Positions 37,234-49,521 of a stretch of DNA of 64,000 nt are shown one piece after another; position 1 is the first letter of the stretch; every line of letters starts with the position of its first letter. Both the position numbers and the translations under genes were made by a program. The stretch spans positions 104,844,001-104,908,000 of the forward strand of contig NC_045697.1 of assembly GCF_009834535.1 (NCBI RefSeq), written 5' to 3'. The DNA is from Camelus ferus (taxonomy: Eukaryota). Below the pieces are notes generated by a model that saw only the letters and a program-made list of their open reading frames with translations, did not search any database and was not told the origin of the DNA.

Positions 37234-37363
37234 ACACGGAATCGTTTTGAAGGAACAAGATCAGAAGTGGAAGAACTTATGAACAAAATTAGACAGAATC
37301 CCAGGGACCACAAACGGGCAAGTCAGTTCACTGCAGAAGGCTACCTGTATGTACAGGAAAAAA
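37234..37363 (+). CDS. ARHGAP10: ARHGAP10 coding exon (probable exon 8), end of BAR and start of PH: TRNRFEGTRSEVEELMNKIRQNPRDHKRASQFTAEGYLYVQEK(R)
   Basis: Acceptor ctgtttcag|ACA, donor AAAA|gtaaga; 130 nt, phase 0-1; EGYLYVQEK is the first PH strand. Confidence 0.97.
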
Positions 37364-38569
37364 GTAAGAGGCTTGTCAACAGTGATGAGTGCTTTAATGG
37401 GAGGGCCAATTAAAACTTATTAAAAAACCCCTTACTGTCCTTACTCTGATGTTTTTGGAATAATTATTCCTACCACTTTCTTTTCTCTCTCCTATGCTAG
37501 AAGGTGAATGTTGCACTTTTTTTTTTTTGTGGGGGAAACACATTCCTGCCCTAGGGAGAGGACGGTGTGGTTAGGAACTCTGTGAGCACCCTGCTTTCCA
37601 GCCACGTCCTTGAATTCTGTGCCACGCTTTGCTAAAACTTGCTTGCAGAGGAGCTGGGGTTTGGTGGAAGGCTGAAAATGAGTAGTACCTTTTTCCTCCT
37701 TTCCTCTCACCTCCATTTATATCAACACACACACATTCATATACATATGCACCCCCCCACCCCATAAACCTGCTCCATGTTAAAGTCAAGGACATATTTC
37801 TCTTCTTTCACACCATTTCTTTCCGTACCTATCTGAAATCATTAGTTCTTTCTAAAATTATCAGGGCAATTGCACAGGGCTGTAAAAAAACGTTCCTAGA
37901 TGGCATCTTTACTTATCTCACCGAGTTTTCAGTCTTGTTGCTGTCTTAGTGAGTGTGCAGTGCATAGGGTAGCCTGATTTTGAAATTAAGGCCCCCCAAA
38001 ACTCTTTCATACTTCTGACAGTTTGGTGTTACTTTAACGATGAAGCTCTTACAGGACCTCTTCGCCTGTCGAGCTTGGTTGCCAGTTAGTAGAAAGGAGG
38101 AGCATGTGAAGATGTTTCTGTATTTCCTCTTTTCCTCCCTTCTTCCCCTGGACTGAAGCCAGGGTGCTTTGGAATTTTCATTTCATTTGTTAACTGCGGC
38201 TGATTGACAGGACCTTGAAACTGAGCAGTGCCACAGCAAAGCATCCTCAGGGCCAGCCCTGTGATAGTGGTGTTACTGTCGTAACGGTGGTTCTTTTTTC
38301 ATTTGCCCTCATTGGCTGTGGGCTCAGTCTTCACATCTCAGGAAGAAGAGTTATGTAGCATGGCGGCACTCTAAATTTTTCTGATGCTTTATGTTCTTAT
38401 TCTCAATTTGTTTACTGAAGTTGAGAGAACTAAATTAAAAGACGGGACACAGACCTTATAGGTCCAAGTGGAAAAGCAGAGGAAACTTTAATTTTTAGAT
38501 TCAAAACTGTCACTTGACTGGCTTTGAGAGAAACTGGGCTGAAATTGCACAGAAAAAAACAACAAAAAC

Positions 38570-38930
38570 GATAGTGTTAGAATTCTTCTCTTGTTAACTG
38601 TGTACCAGGCACTGGGCTAATTTCTTTTTTTTTTAATTTATTTATTTTTAAGTTTTTATTTTATTATTTATTTTAGTGGAGGTACTGGGGATGGAACCCA
38701 GGACCTCATGCATGCTAAGTATGGACTCTACCACCGAGCCATACCCTCTCCCCAGCTACAAATTTTTTATACAACTTGTTTCATTTAATCCATTAAAAAC
38801 CTTTATGAAGTGTAAGTGCTGTTATGACCCCATTTACCATTGAGAACACGGAAGCGCTGAGAGGTAAATGATGTTTCCTGGATCATTCAGCTTCCTAAAT
38901 GCTGGATTTGTCTGAGACTGGAGTCCTTGT
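38570..38930 (-). mobile_element. MIR SINE interrupted by a camelid SINE
   Basis: tgtgtaccaggcactgggcta...tcatttaatcc...ccccatttaccattgagaacacggaagcgctgagaggtaaatga. Confidence 0.65.
38621..38753 (-). mobile_element. Camelid tRNA-derived SINE (short form)
   Basis: ggaggtactggggatggaacccaggacctcatgcatgctaag...ccaccgagccataccctctcccc with AT-rich tail. Confidence 0.92.
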
Positions 38931-40051
38931 TGCATTCTCCCCCGCAGTATTGCCTGAAGGTTTGGCGGTGTGAGAAACAGTCATTAATTTCTATGCTCAG
39001 GGCTTGTTGAGTTGGGTCAGTTAGTGTTAGGAGAGGATGGCAGCTTAATTAGCAGAAGGACCTTAATATTTGGGGCCAAAGACTCTGAGGTTTGACTCAT
39101 TTCTCAGGCATTTGGTCTAAGCTTAAGATTTTTTAAGATTAAAAAGACAATCATGTATGTATTCCTCCTCAAGGCACTTTTCTTGGTATTGAATGAAATA
39201 CTCTAGTATTTTTATGAACCATAAAATTCAATACAAATGCTTATTATTGATAACACACACATACCAGAGTTGCCTGAACTCTGGTCTTTGCACTAATGAT
39301 GGTCTGAGATGAGATTTATTGTGGTCCAGTAACCCCTTTCATCCCCCTCCCCCACCCCCAAGATAATGTAATTCATTCTTCCTAAAGCTAAATGCATTTC
39401 TTTCACATGACTCCTTTTCCTCTCCTAAGTTTGTCCTTCTAGATTTTTAGGTATAAGGGGTTTATTTGTTTGTAGGTGAAATGATGGTGATAATAGGTAT
39501 TAATTGCTTTTTAAAAAAATTGGATGTCTTTACTTGGTAAAAGAAAAGATTATCAAACTGTGTTGGGGCTAACTTTTGTTTTGTTATGATGGGAACGTCA
39601 CTGGCTCTTTGAAGTTCTAGATGCTAGCTCCCCCGACTTAGCCCATCGTCTTTGAAGAGCTCTGATGGTTGTAATACTGACTTAGCAAGAGGTTAGAAAT
39701 GGTTCCGAGAATGTTCTGGTGCACACGTGGTCAGCTTACCCCTAGATCCTTCACACTTCATTTTAAAGCTTAGCTTTACCGTTATTAGTCAGTGAGCTGC
39801 TTATGAAGTACCATGGTGGGCTTACAGTGCTTGATGGATTTCTAGACTAGATGCTTTGCAGCGTGTGATTCTACAGTTGTGTCATTTTGAGAGGCCAGCA
39901 TTGAATCCAAAACCATCACATAAATTCAGTGGAATTCTTGAAACCCTCATGAGTTCTTCATACATAGACACACACAAGAAATAGAGTTTACGATGAAGAG
40001 ATTTTCAGGTATGAGATCATCGTCTAGCAAACTCTTTGAAAAGTGTCTTTA

Positions 40052-40201
40052 GGGGAAGATATAGTTTAAGTGGTAGAGCATGTGCTTAGCATGCGCAGGG
40101 TCCTGGGTTCAGTCCCCAGTACCTCCATTAAATAAATAAACAAACCTAATCACCTCCCTCCCCCGCAAAAAAAAAAAAAAAAGAAAAGAAAAAAGAAAAA
40201 A
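40052..40201 (+). mobile_element. Camelid tRNA-derived SINE (long form), the only full-length sense copy
   Basis: ggggaagatatagtttaagtggtagagcatgtgcttagcatgcgcagggtcctgggttcagtccccagtacctcc...acctaatcacctccc + A-rich tail. Confidence 0.93.
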
Positions 40202-40447
40202 CAGTATGTGTTTAAATTACTTCTGTGTTGCTGAAAGCTGTTAGGACCTTTCTGCAAACTACCCCTACGAGCCTTATCATTTCCCCTGGCTTTGCCCTTG
40301 CCTGAGGACCCTCCGTGTTGCTGCTTTGTTTCCTTGAGCTTTGTTAGGTGCTGCTTCTTGGGGTTTCCCTCTTTAGTGATGTGTTTGGGGCTCTGCATTG
40401 AGTGCTTATTTATGAGCAAAAACGGCAAGTTCTGTTTCTTGTTGAAG

Positions 40448-40554
40448 GGCCGCCCCCCTTCGGTTCCAGCTGGGTCAAGCACTACTGCATGTATCGGAAA
40501 GCAGCCAAGAAGTTCAACATCATCCCGTTCGAGCACAGGTCTGGGGGGAAGCTT
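40448..40554 (+). CDS. ARHGAP10: ARHGAP10 coding exon (probable exon 9), PH domain: (R)PPPFGSSWVKHYCMYRKAAKKFNIIPFEHRSGGKL
   Basis: Acceptor tttcttgttgaag|GG, donor CTT|gtgagt; 107 nt, phase 1-0; peptide visible inside ORF-track entry 40402..40731. Confidence 0.97.
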
Positions 40555-41846
40555 GTGAGTATTCGCGCGTGCTCCCCATTTACTTGCTCCTCCCGTAAAG
40601 GAGCGGGGAGACCCCGGAGCTGGCTGGGGAGGAAAGGGGCCGTCTGCATGCGTTTTAAGCGGAAGCTGCTGCTCATTGCAGCAGTAATAGTCAGAACAAA
40701 GCTCTTCCCACCAGTGCTGAACCTAACTTAGCAGATTTTAAGAAGGCTAGTTCATTGCTTGCTGGGTGGATGGGCATAATTTTGCTTATGTGAAAACAGA
40801 ATTAACCCAAGTTCACTTCTGTTTATCTGTGCTTTACATCTTCCCGAAAAATACCTAAAGCAGCTTGTAATACAAGTGCATTTTTGTGATAATGAAACAG
40901 ACATGGAACTTCAGGACCATGACAAAGAGGAGGAAGTGAGGAGGTCACTCTTGGAGGGTGGTAGGGGTAAGACTGAGCATGAGGTGCAACTGTGAATGAA
41001 CTCAAGTCCCAAGACGTGACTGCTTAGTCATGTCTTTCTATTTTGGGCACCAAATGATAAAAAATACATTAAAAAATCTAATGAGTACGTTATTTTGAAC
41101 ATTTTAATGTCTGACTGTTTAATATTAGAGATCTTCACATCCAAAAAATATAAAAATATTCTAGAAGTGTTTACTCAGACTTCTTACAGTTCTTAACTGA
41201 GAACCTGTTTCTGCATTGCTTCTATCTCCTGTCTATGTCTTTTTAATGCTCTTAGAGAAAGGATGGTTTAGTGAAGTAAAATAGTACCATATTTAAACAA
41301 AAATTTAGTGAAGATAAATTCAGGGTGTTTCACTCAGGGAAGAGCGAATCCACATAGATTGAATGGTTCTAGCTAGATGATTGCAGTGGCTGATCCAGGG
41401 TCCTTGGTGCATTTTTAGGAAGATTCATATGGAATTGATATTTTTCCTAGGTCAGGAGTGGTCACACATTGACTACGTCATACACGTTGACTGTTTCGTG
41501 TGGTATAATGTGTATGAAATAGAATCAAATTATTCTTTTAACAAGAGTACAATAAGAGAATAACACATATTAGACATGTGGAAACTGTATTGTGAATCCA
41601 CCTTTTAAAATGAACACTCCTGAGGTCTGGTTTAATGTTATTGTAATCAAAGCAGGATCTAGAAAACCTGAAGGAAAGGAGAATGACAAAAATGGTGAAG
41701 ATTCTAATTAGTGATTAAATAAACGGGTTTGAAGGAGGGTAGGATAAAACCTCAACCTTGGCCCCCCCCACCCCCCATATAGGGTGTTTTACTCTGTGTA
41801 TGTTGATCCTGTAGTTGCTGAGAATGTTTCAAATGCTTATTTGCAG

Positions 41847-41941
41847 GGGGATGGAGAGGTGTTCTTTCTGAAAGAATGTACCAAAAGGCATACTGACTCC
41901 ATTGACAGAAGGTTTTGTTTCGATGTAGAAGCTGCTGACCG
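41847..41941 (+). CDS. ARHGAP10: ARHGAP10 coding exon (probable exon 10), PH domain: GDGEVFFLKECTKRHTDSIDRRFCFDVEAAD(R)
   Basis: Acceptor ttatttgcag|GGG, donor CCG|gtaagt; 95 nt, phase 0-2; RRFCFD motif typical of GRAF-family PH domains. Confidence 0.97.
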
Positions 41942-43029
41942 GTAAGTTGCTGGAATTTATTGGACTTGATGAAAAGAATCATTTTTTAAAAAATGATTTA
42001 AAAAATATATAATAGTTAATTGCAACTGAGGTTTCGATGGCCTGGAAGAATGTGATCTTAGTGCGTTTCCAGGCTGTGTTTTCACTGTGAGCTGTTGAGT
42101 CTTGGTCGCTGTATTTAGCTGAGAAGTGATAGCTTAGTCTTGGCTGAAGTGTGGAGTCATTTTAACACGTGTTGTCACTTAAAAAATAACCTTGGCGCGT
42201 TTCATTGCTGATCTAAGCCTGATCTGTGGCACTGAAAGAATAATGAGTGAAAGTAAGGAAACAGCGACAAAGCTAAAAAGAGGTGGTCGTGGCTGTCAAT
42301 ACAGAAACGTATTCATTTTTGCGGGGGAGGGTTTCCATATATATACTCTGTGTGTGATGGAGAGTCAGAGGCAAAACTCTGTTTATTCAAGACTGGTTAT
42401 CTTTTTCCCGTTGTCTGACTTGCAGTTATTTAGTTAGAAAAGAATCCTTGCCAGAGAGAAGGAAGTTAAAAAAAGAAAGAAGAACAAAGCTCGTTGGTCA
42501 GTGTTACTACTTGTCTGGGATTTATTTCTGCAGCACTGAGGACAACGTGGTAGAATATTTCTTTTTCAGTGGCCGACATTATGGAGGCTCCTTGCCAGCC
42601 CTGGTTTTGGCACCTATGGTCTTTAGATAACACTGTTTCATATTTGTAAAATAAAATTTACAGGATGAGGTTTTTTTCAACACAGGTTCATTTCAGGTGA
42701 GGACCCAAGAACATAAAAATAATTAATGCCTCCTCTTCCCTCAGATGATATAACCGAGTCTGTGGCGTTAGTGCAGAGCAGGAAGATCTGTGCTTTGCTT
42801 TCCAATATATGGGTTGAAGACCAGGTACATAAAACTATGTGCTTATGCACTATGGTAAATACGGCACTGCCATGGAAAGGGCAGGTGGTTGGCGGGCATT
42901 TTGCCAAGACTGAGAAAAAAATGCAAGAGAATGTCATAGTGAAAGAGATTACATGTCAAGCCGGTATGGACTGGTTCAAAAACTTCAAGAAGATATCCAG
43001 GCTGTGTGATACAGCTTGAGCATAAATAT

Positions 43030-43290
43030 GTGGACATACACCCACAGTAAGCACTTACTGAATTTTGCCTAAATGCCAGACAGCGTTCTGAATTCTTCTG
43101 GGCTCTGTCTTATTTCATCCTCACCCCAACTCCATCAGGCAGATATTATCCTTCTTATTTTATGATGGGAAACCAGGGCAGAGAGAACTTAAGTGACTCT
43201 CCCAAGGCCACATAGTTAGAAGTGGAAGGGCTAGGATTGGAACTCGTGCATTCTGCCTCTGGAGCCCAGACTCTTAGCCCCTGTGCTGTG
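43030..43290 (-). mobile_element. MIR SINE
   Basis: attttatgatgggaaaccagggcagagagaacttaagtgactctcccaaggccacatagttagaagtgg. Confidence 0.75.
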
Positions 43291-43849
43291 GGCGTCAGAG
43301 TATAACCGTGACAGTGTGTTGCTTCCCAAGTAACTGACAGTCGTGAGTCAGCAGTGATGTCTGTTAGAAAATGTGTCAGTTAACCTGCTTCGTTTTGAAA
43401 AGGTACTTCTGTAGTTCTGTATATTATTTTAACACAATTTGTATTATTTCTTGCCTAACTCTATACTTTTTCTGAGACCTTGATCATGCAAAACGCTCTT
43501 CCTCAACTGGGATCCTTAATATGATTAAAACTATTTTCCGCCCTCACAGAGGTTGCCGACAAATTACTACGGAGTTGTTTTCATCGTGATCATAACTTGT
43601 AAGGAGACTCTGAGAACTTGGGGAGACCTTAGAGGTGCTCTAGTCTACTTGTTTGCAAACCACCTGGGAAGAAAACTTTATTTTCAAATAAAAAATTTAC
43701 ATTTATGCGTATAGAAAACAGAAGAACAGAGTTCCCTTATTAAAGCAGGGGAGGGGGCCTGGATCCCCACCCTCTCTACTTCCTTCTTCTTACAGAAATC
43801 TCTGCTTTACTTCCATTGATACCCAAAGCCACTTTCCGGGACCTGGGTG

Positions 43850-44450
43850 CGGGGGGACGGCTCATCTAGGCTAGATGATTCAAGAAAGGCACACAGAGGA
43901 TCTGATGTCTGAATTGATGACTGAAGTTTTATTTGGAGTCTGCTGGGACTGAGATATACATTCCAGGCAGAGTGAGTAGCATATGTAAAGTTCTGGTGGC
44001 AAGAGACAGCGTGGCCCGTTTCTGGTCCCCAGGGAAACCCAGCATCACTAGAGCAAAGAGCCAGGGAGGATGGGAGATGAGGCCTGAGATGGGGGCAAGG
44101 GCCTGACCTTGAGGGTTTTGAGTTTAATCCATTAAATGGTTTTAAGGAGGGCAGCGAGTGATACATTTTAAAATCTCACTCTGGCAGAGCAGAGGAAGTT
44201 TAGAGATGGCAGGATTGGATGGAAGGGATGTGGGTTGGTGTGGTCATAGCAGGAATGGAGGCCAGGGGATCTCTTTGGGAGAAACTTTTAGAGGGAAATT
44301 GAATGTTGGAGTATAGGGAGGAGAAGGGGAAGGTTTCTGGCTTGAGCAACTAGCTGGTGCCGTTTACCAAGATGCAGCACAGAGGAGGGTTGAGGAAGAT
44401 GGTGACTTCAGCTGTGGTCCTGTTGACTTAGATTGCTGTGGGCCACTCAG
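43850..44450 (-). mobile_element. L2 fragment
   Basis: Purine-rich antisense L2 (attaaatggttttaaggagggcagcgagtgatacattttaaaatctcactctggc; aggtttctggcttgagcaactag). Confidence 0.7.
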
Positions 44451-44499
44451 CGGGAAACGGCGCAGCACTTGGCAGCTTTAGCAACATCGGACTTGGCGC

Positions 44500-45860
44500 T
44501 TGCCTTCCTCCACAGGGCACCATGCTGCTTCTCCCCTGAGTTTTTGGACCTTTTCATTTTCAGCCCTTGCTCCTTAAGTGTTATTTCCCACCGTTGTCTT
44601 GTTGGTTTTTCTCTGTCCAATTGCGTGATTTCACCCTCCAAGTCTCTATCTCTCCAATTTCTATTTTTCTTACCCTTTTCTGTGTTTGGAGCTGCTTTTA
44701 GAACCTTCAGTTCGCTCTAGGGTATGTCTCCAGGTCTCTTCTTCCTTTTACTGTTTTCTTGGTAATTTTGGCATCACTTCAGATGACCCTTTGAGCACTT
44801 CGCTGCTTTCTTGGGCCCCTCTGCTTCAGTCATCTGGTTCTTGGCCTTCCCTCAGCCGTCCCCTCTCCTGCCCACTGCTTAGATTCTGTCATCACAAGGG
44901 CTGCACCCCCTCCGTCATCTAGTTTGCAAAGCTTTCTTCTGACACCGCCTTCTCTCCTTTGCTGCTTATTGCTCTTTTCTAGTGAGTATCCTTGGCTTCC
45001 CCACCGAGGCCTTTGATCAGCTGATCCTACTGTTCCTCAGCCCCTCACACCCTCATTTCTTTCCTTCCTTGGTGTAAATTTCATACTCATGAAAGTTACT
45101 CTTTTGTCTTTTATTTTTATTTTGACAAATTTAACAAGTGTTTAAGTTGTACAATTTGATTTTTTTTTGAAGGTTTACAACGTGATGATTTAATTACATA
45201 TATATTGTGACACGATAACCACCACCACCATCACCAATGAAAAGACCCTGTCTTGACCAGTCTTCCCTTTTGTCTATGGCCCACTTCTCTTTTTTCATAA
45301 ACAGCAGAAGTTCTTCAGAAAGCTCTTCTACTAAGGCCTCTCATTTCCTCCTTCCTGCTCTCACCTGAGCTCTCTCCAGTCAGGCCCTTGCCTTCCCCTC
45401 TGCACTGTGGTGGTTTCCTCAAGGCCACCACGGTCTTCATGTGCTTCCTCATCCAGTCAGTCCTCAGTCCTCCTGTTCTTTCCTGGCAGCAGCATCTGAC
45501 GTGGCCAGTCACTGTCTCCTCTGTGATACACTTGCTGCTCTTGGCTCAACAACATCACGTCTGCCTGCTTTTTCTCCTACCCCATCAGCTTTTCAGTTTT
45601 TAGACTCCTCTGCCAGTTGCTCTCTTCCCAGACCTCTTGATGTTGGCTTTCTCTGGAGCTCAGTCTTTGGATCCCCTCTCCCTTACCCTAGTGGTCTCAT
45701 CTAGCTGCTGGACTCTTAAGTGCCATCCATATGGTGGTAACTTCCAAATTTATTATCTACCTTGGATCTCTTCCCTGAACTCCAAGTTTTTATATCCAGC
45801 TGCCAACTCAGTTGCTTCTGGGATGTATGATAGCATTTCAAACAGTGCTGGGGTAGGAGA
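44500..45860 (+). mobile_element. L2 ORF2-region fragments with a small L1 piece (~45120-45235)
   Basis: Pyrimidine-rich L2 motifs (ctctgtgatacacttgctgctcttggctc; acttccaaatttatta...ctccaagtttttatatccagctgcc). Confidence 0.6.
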
Positions 45861-46919
45861 GAATAATTGGGTTATTTATAAATTTTCTAAGAATTCTTGG
45901 GGGGAAAAACACTCTTTATGGAGCCAACATTTTATATAGGTATGTTCATTGTCTTATCCTATAAATACTAATATATAAATCATTAAAAAAAACCAATACA
46001 TGCTTATTGTAAGTCTTTTTCTAAAGCTCTTTGGTTAACTTGGAAAATTTTCATGTTTGTGTCTCCTTGAGTCTTCAGGATCATGTGACTTTCCAGTTGG
46101 ATCACAGACTTTTGTTGTCTTTGGTCTATTTCCTTATTTTTAAACAGGGGAAAAACTATTCAGGTTTAAGTGGATAAGTGTTTGTGGGGCCCCTTAGGTT
46201 TCTCCCCCACCGCCCCTGCCACTGTGTATTGCTGTTGGTTTCCCACTTCTGGAGCAAAATCTATCCTAATTTTGGGGTTTTGAAGGCATTATTGAGTGAA
46301 AAGTTTGAATGAGATAGACTCTTCTCTTTTCTATTTCCCTGATTCTTGGCCAGGCCGACTATTGGGAATTATAAGTAATTTGTTCCTTGTCTATCAGATT
46401 ATGAATTCCATGAGGTAGGAACCCCATCTTAGTATTACTTGGTACTGCGACACCAAATGCAATGCTTTATACGTGGTGGGCATTCACCAAATCTGTACTG
46501 GATTGAATGAAATTGGACTGTTGCTTAGAAGTGGCAGAGCCAGGATTAGATTCAATCAGGTGAACTGTTTTTCTTGTGTACATGCTGTGGAACTGTGAGC
46601 TCCAGTGTTTGCATTCTGCTTAAAGAAAATAAACCCACTTTGGAGTATGTGGGTATTGCCAATGAGTTTCTGATGGGCTTTATGCAGAATTCCAATTGCA
46701 TGCCTTCACAGAGCAGTTTCAAAGTTGATTGCCTATGTTTAAAGCAAAGTTGTTTTGTCTTCTCTCGTGGCATCAGTCTTTGCTATTTTTTATTCCTTGT
46801 CTTGAAGATGCAGTCAGGTAGCGCTGTGACAATAGGTAATAAACTGCAGAATGGAGCCTGGCCTTGCATTTGATCTGTGTGGGTGCCAATCAAGGGCTTT
46901 CATTTAATTGCCACATGAA

Positions 46920-47400
46920 TTCAAATCAGGTTTGATTGCATGTGACAGACAAACTCAAAATCAGATGGCTTAAACAGGGTAAAAGTTGATCTTTTTTCCC
47001 CTTCTTTCTGAGGAAGCCTAGAGATGGTCAGGTTAAGGTTGATATGTGTCTTGGTGTCAGACACTCTCCCTCCCCATGGTTTACCTTCCTGGTCACCTGA
47101 GGTCCAAGATGCTGGCTCCCATTTATTATATAGCCTTATCTCTTGTGGGAACACTTTCCAGAGGAAGCACACACTACTTTTGCTCGTGTACCACTGGCCT
47201 AAATGGAGGTATTGGCTATACCTCGCTGCAAGGGAGGCTGGGAAGTGCTGAGGCAAGGAAATTGCTGTCTTCTGTTTCCAGACTCCATGTAGTGTTCTGA
47301 TACTTGGGGAATCTATTATCAAGAATGAAGGGGAGAAGATCTGGGTGGGGCTGGTTTCCAACTAGCCAATCATGACTGGTTTGATTATCAATGGCCATGT
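46920..47400. mobile_element. MLT1-type MaLR LTR
   Basis: tttgattgcatgtgacagacaaactcaaaatcagatggcttaaacagg...ccactggcctaaatgg...gctgcaagggaggctgggaagtg. Confidence 0.7.
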
Positions 47401-48127
47401 AGTGTGTGTGTCATTTTCCTTCCCTCAGTTCACTGAAAGATTGCTTCGACTGTCTTGGTTAACTAAGAGGTAGTGTTTAAGAACACATGTGCTAAGAACA
47501 CCATGAAAAAAGTGAAAAGTCAGCCCACAGAATGGGAGAAAATACCTGCAAATGATTCGTCTGATGAGGGACTTGTATCCAGAAAATATACAGAACTCAT
47601 AACTCCATAAGAAAAAGACAAACCAATTAAACGTGGGCAAAAGTTCTGATTCAGCCATTTCTTCAAAGAAAATACATGGGGTGGCTATAAGCATGTGAAA
47701 AGAGGCTTAACATCACTAGCTATTAGGGAAAAATGCCAGTCTAAACCACAATGAGATATACTCACTGAGATGACTGTAATTGAAAAATCCAGATAATAAC
47801 CAGTATTGGTGAGGATGTGGAGAAATTGATGGTGGGAATTTGAAATGGCATAGCTGCTTTGAAACAGTTTGTCACTCTTCAAGAAGTTAAACATAAAGTT
47901 ACAACTTGACCCAGAAAATTCCACCCCTAGCTATATAAACAAGAGAAATAAACCTATGTCTACCTGAAAACTTGCACAAGAATGTTCATAGAAGCATTAT
48001 ACATAATTACCAAAAAGTAGAAACAAGCCAGATATCCATCAGCTGATGAATGGATAGATAAAATGTGGTACACCCATATGATCAACTGTGATTTGGCAAT
48101 AAACAGAAATGAAGAGCTAATATGTGC

Positions 48128-49521
48128 TGTTTCATTTTGAAGCAGCTTATATTCAGAGACTGTCTTTGCCAATATTTTATTTACCACCGGTTCACTGTGG
48201 GAATTACAATAATTTCACAAGACAACAGCATACAGGATGCATCATGTTTCTTAGTACATACTGTCTCTAATAGCCTACATAATGTCTCTTAATAAGCTAA
48301 TAAAGAAATAATATACTCCAAACCAGTGATAGGTTAATTAAACTATTGATTCAGGCAAAAGGTGAAGGGAATAGAGTCCATATTTAGTTGAGGTGTATCT
48401 TTCTACCAGTTGGTCCTTGGGAGAGACAGCTTGGCCGACTGAGAACAGGCGTGGCAAGTCCCCAGTTCATAGAGCATGTTGGTAGGAAACAAAGGCACCC
48501 GTGTTGATGGACAAGATCTTCCTGGGGCTGCTGCATGGCTTTTGCCACTGCTGGTCAGAGTGACCTTCACCACAGCAAGAGCTAATGCCCCAAGGTCTCC
48601 AGAGAGCTATTTATGTTACCTGGAGGAGGGGAAAAAAGATACCTTGGTTCTTTGTCACCCCCCCAAAATGAATTTTTAATAAGACACAAGAAAGCATGAT
48701 ATAAACAGAAGATCTTATCAAAAGTGAAAAGGTAGTAAAATATAGTACACTCCCAAGACTTGGGGGCGGGCCATCCCAGAGAGGAAAAAAATGGTGCCGC
48801 TCCTTTGTTTCTCCTTATATCCTGGCTTAGAGGATTTTTTTTTTTTTTTATGATTGATTGATTGACGGCTCATCTTCCCTGTGCTCAGGCACGCTGGTCT
48901 CTTTTGTGCACACTCTTACCCGTGACACACACAGAGAAACCTACAAGAAGGGGCTCACACTGCAATGTTAATTACATTATAATGAGCATTGGGCCAAGTG
49001 AAGCCGGGTCCTTCTCTCTACTGTGCAGCCGCAGTTCGATTCTAGCCGGCTTCTTTGCTGGCCGTCATTTAGAGAAAGTAAAAATTTTTGGAGCCCCTTA
49101 TCCTGAGTGCAGACATACTGTTATTTTCTCAGTTGCTCCCTTCCCCCTCCTTTCCCCTTGCCCAGTCCTCATTTCTATCTAACTGCCTAACATTTAGATC
49201 AGCAGAGGGTAGCCTTGCCCAGACCGAACTCAGGCGGACAGCCGTCACAAATGTTGTGTATTCATAGTGTAAATGCCCCCTTTCCACAGCTGCTTCTTCA
49301 CATGTTCTTATGGGTAAGCCCCCAGCGGTGCCCTTCACTAGCTGAGCTACTTCCTGAGTGCTTCCAGCAACTCCAGCTGTGGGTGATGACCTCCTGACTC
49401 ATGAGTTCCCTTTTATATCAAAGCTATAACTTTGTTCTGGAGAACAGCTTCACTCTTAACAACAGCTTCACTGTTGTCATAAACAAGAAGATCCGAAATT
49501 ATATCAAACCACAACGCAACA
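48128..49521. mobile_element. LTR-like element inserted in L1M, itself interrupted at 48614-49192
   Basis: Cleanly interrupts L1 3' UTR; tgtt...aaca termini; possible TSD tgct/cgct; family not recognised. Confidence 0.6.
48614..49192 (-). mobile_element. ERV1-class solo LTR, 579 bp
   Basis: Inverted termini tgtta...taaca; 4-bp TSD ttta at 48610-48613 and 49193-49196; strand inferred from a TATA-like ttata near 48815. Confidence 0.8.

Noticed and set aside
40402..40731. 109-aa ORF as a stand-alone gene
   Set aside because: Only 40448-40554 is coding (ARHGAP10 exon); the rest is read-through into intron.
46921..47361. 146-aa minus-strand ORF
   Set aside because: Coincides with an MLT1-type LTR; no recognisable protein features or splice support.
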